Origin: a virus
Virus record (IMG/VR): IMGVR_UViG_3300005077_000003
Span: 96,001-160,000 of that record
Strand: one strand, 5' to 3'
Length of the DNA stretch: 64,000 nt
Within the stretch, counting starts at the first letter, position 1. Each line of letters starts with the position of its first letter. Made by a program: the position numbers and the translations under genes. The notes below the pieces were generated by a model. The model searched no databases, had not been told where the DNA came from, and saw only the letters and a list, made by a program, of their open reading frames with translations. Positions 58,552 to 64,000 of this stretch are shown one piece after another.

Positions 58552-59511
58552 TTATAATATACTCGTACAATGTTTTACTAATAATTCTGCATTATTACTT
58601 GGTAAATGTCTTTTTATAAAAGATTCTTTTATATATGATAGTGTTTTTTCGTCTTTAAAAGTAGTTGCCTCGGTGATTTTCTGTACCCACTCATCAATGT
58701 TATTGATATCGTCAACAACAAAGCCATATTGGGCAATATTATCATGTTTAACTGCACATCTATTAGATACAACTACTGGCAACCCAGCAACCTGTGCTTC
58801 AACAATAGTCATCCCATATGTTTCTGTTCTAAATGGAGATACTAATAATGATACATTATTATACATGCTGCCGTAATGCTGTTGACCAATTATATTGATA
58901 TTATTATTAACAATAACTGGTTCAAAGTCTTTATATCCAACAATATTAAATTGTAATGACGGCATTTTAGATGCTATATTGTTAAGAATATCAAATCCTT
59001 TTACAAATGATACTCTAGACATTAGTATAGGACCATCTATGGCTCTACAATTATTAAAGTTCGAAAAATCTATACTTGGATATACTACTTCAGTCTTATA
59101 ATTAAATTGGTCTTCTAATACAGATTTGAAATAATTAGAATTAGCAATAACTAAATCAGGTTTAAAGTTCTTATTTTGTAATTCACAATTAGAGCATTCT
59201 TTTGAACAAAAAGCAGTTATGCTTGGATATCCACCCTTTGAACAGATATGTTCATATGAATGAGCCATATAAACTAGCGGCTTATTTAATAAGCATGCAA
59301 CCTGTTCTCCATATGGAGTCCAGTTTAGTTGTGTAATAATAATATCAGAATCAACAAACTTTCTTAAACAAGAAAAGTCATTTAAATTAGTATTAGTAAT
59401 TGTATAGCAAATATGTCCACTATTTCTTAGTGCATTAATTAAGTTAATAGATGTTATTTCTGCACCACCAACTGGAATAGTTAGGTTATATGCTATATAA
59501 AGTATTTTCAT
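58552..59511 (-). CDS. GT-B (GT4-like) glycosyltransferase
   Basis: GGAEI, IANS, KGFD, ETYGMTIVEAQVAGLPVVVS. Confidence 0.88.
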   Translation of the reverse strand: MKILYIAYNLTIPVGGAEITSINLINALRNSGHICYTITNTNLNDFSCLRKFVDSDIIITQLNWTPYGEQVACLLNKPLVYMAHSYEHICSKGGYPSITAFCSKECSNCELQNKNFKPDLVIANSNYFKSVLEDQFNYKTEVVYPSIDFSNFNNCRAIDGPILMSRVSFVKGFDILNNIASKMPSLQFNIVGYKDFEPVIVNNNINIIGQQHYGSMYNNVSLLVSPFRTETYGMTIVEAQVAGLPVVVSNRCAVKHDNIAQYGFVVDDINNIDEWVQKITEATTFKDEKTLSYIKESFIKRHLPSNNAELLVKHCTSIL

Positions 59512-59533
59512 TTACTCTCTTATAAAAAGAAGG

Positions 59534-59578
59534 TGGCTCCCCGGCTGTGAATCGAATACAGGACATTCGGTTTAACAG
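59534..59578 (-). pseudogene. 3' half (positions 32-76) of an interrupted tRNA-Asn(GTT)
   Basis: CT GTT AA ACCGA ATGTC CTGTA TTCGATT CACAG CCGGGGA G CCA; discriminator G73; A53:C61 mismatch. Confidence 0.85.
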
Positions 59579-59613
59579 GGAGCGTTAATCTCAGGACGGA
59601 AATATTATTAAGA

Positions 59614-59844
59614 CTAACAATATTTGGTTAGCAATTTTAATAATTCTTCTGCTTGTTCACGAGTTTGGCAACTCCAAAAGTCTATCCCACCAGGACTACC
59701 TATCGTCTCTCCAGGCAGAACATAATCACAACTTGGCTTATCATAATCTCCATACTCAGCTACAGTATAATCATACTGCACCCAATATGGGAAATCTGAA
59801 CCTGATAGAGCATCTATTATTTTATATTTAGGAGTATCATTCAT
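59614..59844 (-). CDS. Hypothetical 76-aa protein inside the tRNA insertion
   Basis: Protein-like composition; its start codon shares a CATG with the HNH start; no obvious RBS. Confidence 0.5.
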   Translation of the reverse strand: MNDTPKYKIIDALSGSDFPYWVQYDYTVAEYGDYDKPSCDYVLPGETIGSPGGIDFWSCQTREQAEELLKLLTKYC

Positions 59845-60184
59845 GTTAAAAAAATGTAAGCGGCATGGATTAACTGACCATGCACCAATTAAGGGTAGGA
59901 AAAATGGTTATAGGTGCAGAAAATGCACTGTAGAAGCAGTACAAAAACGCAGGGAAGCTGTAAAACAAATGTCAATTGATTATAAAGGTGGTTGTTGTAA
60001 CAAGTGTGGTTATAGTAAATGTAATAAAGCTCTTGAGTTTCATCGTTTAGACCCTACTAAAAAAGACTTTTCCATATCGTACAATGGTAATACATATGCA
60101 TGGACAACAGTAAAGAAAGAGCTTGATAAATGTGTTTTGCTCTGTGCTAATTGTCATAGAGAAAAGCACGCTGGCCTTTTCTAG
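59843..60184 (+). CDS. HNH endonuclease with Zn-binding CxxC pairs, possibly inactivated
   Basis: CNKCG...LEFHRLDP...KELDKCVLLCANCHREKH; AGGAG RBS 8 nt upstream; the only + strand gene in this region. Confidence 0.88.
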   Translation: MLKKCKRHGLTDHAPIKGRKNGYRCRKCTVEAVQKRREAVKQMSIDYKGGCCNKCGYSKCNKALEFHRLDPTKKDFSISYNGNTYAWTTVKKELDKCVLLCANCHREKHAGLF

Positions 60185-60212
60185 ACGCTCTCAACCACTG
60201 AGCTACCGGGGA
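60184..60212 (-). pseudogene. 5' half (positions 1-28) of the interrupted tRNA-Asn
   Basis: TCCCCGG TA GCTC AGTGGTTGA GAGC G TC; acceptor strand pairs 7/7 with CCGGGGA in the 3' half. Confidence 0.85.
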
Positions 60213-60219
60213 TTACGTT

Positions 60220-60408
60220 TTATATTATATGTACGTCAATTGATTCTATATACCAATCTCTTTCTATAAAAGAGTGGTCTAATTCTGGTTCAGCTTCATT
60301 GGCAGCAGTCATCAATTGTTTTTCTGTTGGTTCATCAGAAAAATAAAAGTCTACATTGTATTCGTACCAATGTGCTTTGTATATAACATATGTTTTATCG
60401 TCATTCAT
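60220..60408 (-). CDS. Hypothetical acidic protein (62 aa)
   Basis: ATGA overlap with the GuaB/GuaC-family gene. Confidence 0.55.
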   Translation of the reverse strand: MNDDKTYVIYKAHWYEYNVDFYFSDEPTEKQLMTAANEAEPELDHSFIERDWYIESIDVHII

Positions 60409-61412
60409 AGTCTTCCAGCTCCATGGGGCATACTTTCAAGTACTCCATTGCTAGTAATTTCTGCCCAAATTGCGCGCTCCCTTATTTGGTGTAAATTATT
60501 AGCACCACAATAAGTCATACCACTACGGATACCACCCATTAGGTCTTTTATTACATCTTCTACTGGACCTTTAGCTTGTACTGTAATCTCTATACCTTCA
60601 GCAGTTTTCCAGTCATTCATAGAACCCATGTAATCTTCTTGGGCTTCTTTAGAAGCCATGCCGCGAAACAGCTTAAATAGGCTCCCGCTATCATCTCTAA
60701 TAACATTGCCAGGAGTTTCATCTGTACCTGCTAACATGCCACCAAGCATCACCAGATCAGCTCCAGCAGCGAAAGCTTTAACTGCATCACCAGGATACCT
60801 AATCCCGCCATCTGCTATTAGGAGACAAGTAGTTCGCCTACATTCCTGAATAGCAGTGAATTGAGGCAGACCAAACCCCGTCTTCATTCTAGTTGAACAT
60901 ACGGATCCAGGGCCGATGCCGACCTTAATAGCGTCAGCCCCAGATCCAGCTAAATATTCTGCGCCAGCTTGTGTGCATACATTGCCAGCTATTATAAAAC
61001 AACTATCATCTAATGATTTTATTTTGCCTATTAGTTCACCTACTGCTTTAGAATGTCCGTGAGCTACATCTACACAAAAGAATTTGGCGCCTACTTCATG
61101 TAATGCGGCAAATCTATTTAGTTCTTCATTAGTACCTATAGATATAACTGCTTCGGCAGATTCCGCACGTACTCTTTGGTACATGCTTATATTATCTTCT
61201 ATTGAGCAGAACCTATGAAGAAAGCCAAGGCCGCCCAGCTTTCTTATTTTGATAGCCATCTTACTACCAGTAATGGTATCCATATTGGATGACAGTACTG
61301 GTATATCTAAGATTAGACTACCAAAAGATACAGAGGTATCCGGCAACTTTCTGCTAGGTATATTATTATATCTTGGTAGTAAAGTTATATCATCAAATGA
61401 TAGTGCTTTCAT
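60405..61412 (-). CDS. guaC: IMPDH/GMP reductase family enzyme without CBS domains, probably a GMP reductase
   Basis: [45 protein letters not shown]. The flap reads WKTAEG and lacks the Arg-Tyr dyad of IMPDH. Confidence 0.7.
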   Translation of the reverse strand: MKALSFDDITLLPRYNNIPSRKLPDTSVSFGSLILDIPVLSSNMDTITGSKMAIKIRKLGGLGFLHRFCSIEDNISMYQRVRAESAEAVISIGTNEELNRFAALHEVGAKFFCVDVAHGHSKAVGELIGKIKSLDDSCFIIAGNVCTQAGAEYLAGSGADAIKVGIGPGSVCSTRMKTGFGLPQFTAIQECRRTTCLLIADGGIRYPGDAVKAFAAGADLVMLGGMLAGTDETPGNVIRDDSGSLFKLFRGMASKEAQEDYMGSMNDWKTAEGIEITVQAKGPVEDVIKDLMGGIRSGMTYCGANNLHQIRERAIWAEITSNGVLESMPHGAGRL

Positions 61413-61421
61413 TGATTTTAA

Positions 61422-62069
61422 TTAGCCAGGAATATAGGTGTATTCTATATGGAATTCCATACCAAATTTAAGGCCTACCAAATTATAAGTACCCGGCCAA
61501 TCAGCATAATTGTCTAATAGGAACATATCTATCCAAGTGGACGGATACATACATAAGTTTATATTATTATCCCCCTCCCAATAAGAGGCGGGTGGATCAT
61601 ATGATCCAAGCAGACTAAAATAGAAAGGCCCCCATTCTAATGGAACTCCATTACACCACAGATTATCAGTATCAGTATGTCTATGTGCTATATGAGAAGA
61701 GTTAGGTGGTACTACATACCAATAATGATCACCATGTGGAAATATAATTGATCCAAATGACAACATAGACCATATGTTATCTCTGGAATAAATCCATGGC
61801 ACAGTAGATATGCCGCTTACAATATCTTGTGCTGGGAAATACTGGTTTGTTGGATTAGTAATTAAAACTCTTGAATCCAACATAAATCTATCTACCTTTA
61901 TTTGTACGTCTATTAGCGTACCAAGGTTTGTATCAAATGGTTCTACCTGAAATGGAAATATTTCCCCATTAAAAATGTCAAGATTAGCAAACTGGTAATC
62001 TTGTGATATTGTTTGCGGGCTTGTTGGGCTTAATGTCATTATTAATGACGCAATTAAGTTAATTAGCAT
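61422..62069 (-). CDS. Secreted protein, choice-of-anchor E-like domain, no sorting tail (215 aa)
   Basis: Hydrophobic N-terminal signal; PFDTNLGTLIDV motif; ends EYTYIPG*. Confidence 0.5.
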   Translation of the reverse strand: MLINLIASLIMTLSPTSPQTISQDYQFANLDIFNGEIFPFQVEPFDTNLGTLIDVQIKVDRFMLDSRVLITNPTNQYFPAQDIVSGISTVPWIYSRDNIWSMLSFGSIIFPHGDHYWYVVPPNSSHIAHRHTDTDNLWCNGVPLEWGPFYFSLLGSYDPPASYWEGDNNINLCMYPSTWIDMFLLDNYADWPGTYNLVGLKFGMEFHIEYTYIPG

Positions 62070-62087
62070 TTTTGTTATCCTTTTACA

Positions 62088-62125
62088 TAAAAAAAGTAGA
62101 GATCAAAATAATTGGATCTCTACTT
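62088..62125 (-). terminator. Rho-independent terminator downstream of the initiator tRNA
   Basis: 11-bp stem AAGTAGAGATC/GATCTCTACTT followed on the minus strand by a U-run. Confidence 0.75.
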
Positions 62126-62150
62126 CCCAAGTACTATTTAGTAATGTATA

Positions 62151-62239
62151 TGGTAGCGGGGGTTGGATTCGAACCAACACTTTGCATTAGATGTCTTCGG
62201 GACATGAACCCGACATGTTACCTGTTACACTACCCCGCG
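62151..62239 (-). tRNA. Initiator tRNA-fMet(CAT), 89 nt, with an 18-nt variable region
   Basis: CGCGGGG acceptor with C1:U72 mismatch, TCGGG/CCCGA anticodon stem (three G-C pairs), CAT anticodon, GTTGG-TTCGAAT-CCAAC T arm, encoded CCA. Confidence 0.88.
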
Positions 62240-62249
62240 TTATTACTCA

Positions 62250-62453
62250 TCAGACTTCTTCCTCAGAATCTTCTTCTTCGTCAAAGTCAAATGGTTGTTC
62301 TACTGCATCTTCTATTACATCTTTAATATCTATTATAGATATATGGTCTGTAGTTTTTTCTTCATCCTCTTTAGGGGTTACTTTTTCTACTAGATCCTCT
62401 GATGTAATTGGTTGAGAATCTGATTTTTTTGGTTGTCTACCGTAGTGCTTCAT
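62250..62453 (-). CDS. Small protein with a very acidic C-terminus (67 aa)
   Basis: Ends FDFDEEEDSEEEV; fills the gap between the NUDIX gene and the tRNA. Confidence 0.6.
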   Translation of the reverse strand: MKHYGRQPKKSDSQPITSEDLVEKVTPKEDEEKTTDHISIIDIKDVIEDAVEQPFDFDEEEDSEEEV

Positions 62454-62455
62454 GA

Positions 62456-63154
62456 TTATAAAATGTCATCAATTACTTCTAGGATCATTTTTGACCAGGT
62501 TTCATATGTATTTAAGTTCTTTGGAGTTTTAGCCAAAAACTTGGGCGATATAAGACCTTCACTATCTTTTACAGATACACTATCGTCAATTCCTAGAATA
62601 AATATTATTCCTAAATGAACTGCCCCCACAGGTGGGGTACTATATGTAATACATTTATCTTTTCCGTCTAATGGGGTATAAATTAGGCCAACTTCCACCA
62701 AATTTTTTGCAATATCTGTCTTATCTATGCCTAATTCCTCTTCAACCTCTCTAGCTGCACCAAATAAAATAGTATTCCAGGTTATAGTTTTAATATTTCT
62801 ATTCACAGCTAAGTTGTCAGCATAATTAATATGGCCACCTATACCTATGGATCTTTTGCCCTCTAATCTGCCTTCCCCGCCGCCCTTTCTTCTGTAAGAA
62901 AGTATTTTATTATCTTTAGTAACGCATATTACATATGGTATTAATTGTACAATTGACGAGTCTCTTTCTGCCATCCACCTGGGCACAAATGAGCAATTAG
63001 ACAGTACACTTTTTTCCCATTCTTTATCATGTGGAGATAAATGCACATAGTCAGTTTCAAAATTATATAGTTCTACTCTACTTATTGGATGAATACTCGC
63101 CAAGTTTTTTGTAACTAAAACTTGTTCCTCGCTTTTATCTGGTTTTTCTGTCAT
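62456..63154 (-). CDS. NUDIX-family phosphoesterase (COG4112/YmaB-like)
   Basis: QLIPYVI, YRR...EGRLEGKRSIGIGGHIN, AAREVEEEL (Nudix box), VHLGIIF. Confidence 0.8.
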   Translation of the reverse strand: MTEKPDKSEEQVLVTKNLASIHPISRVELYNFETDYVHLSPHDKEWEKSVLSNCSFVPRWMAERDSSIVQLIPYVICVTKDNKILSYRRKGGGEGRLEGKRSIGIGGHINYADNLAVNRNIKTITWNTILFGAAREVEEELGIDKTDIAKNLVEVGLIYTPLDGKDKCITYSTPPVGAVHLGIIFILGIDDSVSVKDSEGLISPKFLAKTPKNLNTYETWSKMILEVIDDIL

Positions 63155-64000
63155 AGCATAATATTTTTTGATACTGCGGTTGAATTATTAATTTCATCTA
63201 TATTAAATAATATATCAGTTTTAACTTTACCAGCAGCTGGATTATTAGAATAACATAGCTCACTATATGCGCAAAATGCGCATTCTTTATCTCCAAGTTC
63301 TAAATCAAGCTCTCCTTGTTTAGCTCCTTTCTTCAACCATTTTTCAACTACAGCAATATCTTTTTTGAATTTTATATTGTCGGTTTTGTATAGTGCCATA
63401 ATATACTCTTCACTATACTGAATTTCGTAATCTCTATCTGGAAGCTTGTCTTTTTTAATTTCTTTTAAAATCTTTTCGTTTCTTTTTCTTATTGCTTCCA
63501 TAGTAATATCTGGATACTCAGTTTTATTACCCCTCTGGTCATATACTACCACGTATCCATTTTCAAACTTCATCCAAAACTGCCACATTAGTTTAAACAT
63601 GCTACCATGTTTATATGCTTTAAGGTCCCAGTTTTCATCTCTTGAAACATATAATATTACCCAATAGTCTACACTCCTATATCCTTTCCTAGAAGTATTT
63701 TGGTATGCATCAAGATATATTGCGCATTGCATTAAAGCTTCTGCGGATGGGTTTTCAATACATTGTTTCCCCGCAAATTCTCCAACAGTTTTTATATCTA
63801 CTCCAAATAGTTCTTTAGTTTCAATATCCATAAGAAACAAATCAGATGTTCCTATGGTATAGTTTGTTTTATCATAGAAGGTTTGTTCTGCTGACAGTAC
63901 TACTAAATTAGTAGATATAGTATTCTTTCTAAGGTAGTCTTGTATACCTCTATGTAACCAATTTCCCATTTCTGCCGACAAAACATACTCGGGGTTTTTA
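63151..64000 (-). CDS. PD-(D/E)XK (Cas4-like) nuclease, 5'-truncated
   Basis: GNWLH, GTSDLF, VDIKT, QCAIYL, terminal CAFC..SELC; the frame stays open to the window edge. Confidence 0.75.
   Translation of the reverse strand, partial: KNPEYVLSAEMGNWLHRGIQDYLRKNTISTNLVVLSAEQTFYDKTNYTIGTSDLFLMDIETKELFGVDIKTVGEFAGKQCIENPSAEALMQCAIYLDAYQNTSRKGYRSVDYWVILYVSRDENWDLKAYKHGSMFKLMWQFWMKFENGYVVVYDQRGNKTEYPDITMEAIRKRNEKILKEIKKDKLPDRDYEIQYSEEYIMALYKTDNIKFKKDIAVVEKWLKKGAKQGELDLELGDKECAFCAYSELCYSNNPAAGKVKTDILFNIDEINNSTAVSKNIML

Noticed and set aside
37681-59511. Eukaryotic giant virus origin, suggested by collagen plus a sugar cluster
   Set aside because: Baseplate J and wedge genes, Shine-Dalgarno sites, TAATG coupling, a sigma factor, a lipobox and a bacterial-type initiator tRNA all indicate a bacteriophage.
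42951-59511. Cluster as a host O-antigen island or a DNA-hypermodification locus
   Set aside because: No Wzx, Wzy, Wzz or ABC exporter and no base hydroxymethylase or thymidylate-synthase homologue in the window; composition and coupling match the phage genes. Not preferred, but not excluded, because partners may lie outside the window.
59579-60183. Group I intron in tRNA-Asn
   Set aside because: The insert is almost all coding, I found no P7/R/S core, and no splice choice restores the anticodon stem (positions 29-31 are missing).
62072-62415. ORFs 62072-62326 and 62191-62415 on the + strand
   Set aside because: They are antisense to the tRNA, its terminator and the acidic ORF; the peptide VAGVGFEP is the usual artefact of a reverse-read tRNA.
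402-63667. Many short opposite-strand or nested ORFs in the supplied track (e.g. 402-788, 10442-10939, 15506-15922, 20466-20963, 35640-35999, 43636-43947, 58263-58619)
   Set aside because: They lie wholly within long, coupled genes, have no motif or RBS, and are expected antisense shadows.
1-64000. Stop-codon reassignment, as seen in some jumbo phages
   Set aside because: Genes are full length in code 11, and TAA, TGA and TAG all end genes at tight overlaps; the two gaps are not rescued by in-frame read-through.
63151-64000. Cas4 of a CRISPR-Cas system
   Set aside because: No array or other cas genes; stand-alone PD-(D/E)XK nucleases are common in phages.

Overview
The window is a 64 kb piece of an AT-rich, large-genome tailed (myovirus-like, probably jumbo) bacteriophage; standard code 11 reads through without problems. 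Both terminal ORFs are truncated by the window edge. (1) 1-42.7 kb, + strand: one nearly gap-free, translationally coupled virion operon with a gp25/DUF2634-like wedge, a baseplate J protein, and about 15 very large tail or fibre proteins (beta-helix, LamG, FN3, Ig-like, CBM-like, collagen and His-rich repeats). It also holds a lipoprotein, an ECF-like sigma factor and three mini-ORFs missed by the ORF track. (2) 42.95-59.5 kb, - strand, converging on a bidirectional terminator: a 19-gene sugar cluster. It encodes Gmd, an Fcl/ColC-type epimerase-reductase, a DegT-fold enzyme with His in place of the catalytic Lys (ColD-type 3-dehydratase, implying GDP-colitose), a minimal TPP-dependent E1 alpha/beta pair, two B12-radical-SAM enzymes, a methyltransferase, an HldE-like kinase, an SDR epimerase and eight glycosyltransferases, five of them tandem paralogues. 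(3) 59.5-64 kb: a tRNA-Asn gene split by a 605-nt HNH cassette, a GuaB/GuaC-family enzyme, a secreted choice-of-anchor-E-like protein, an initiator tRNA with an unusual 18-nt variable loop, a NUDIX hydrolase and a PD-(D/E)XK nuclease. The leading hypothesis (inference) is a self-sufficient virion-glycosylation system: the phage makes rare sugars and attaches them to virion proteins that are enriched in Ser/Thr-Gly dipeptides. All family calls come from motifs read by eye; no database search was run.
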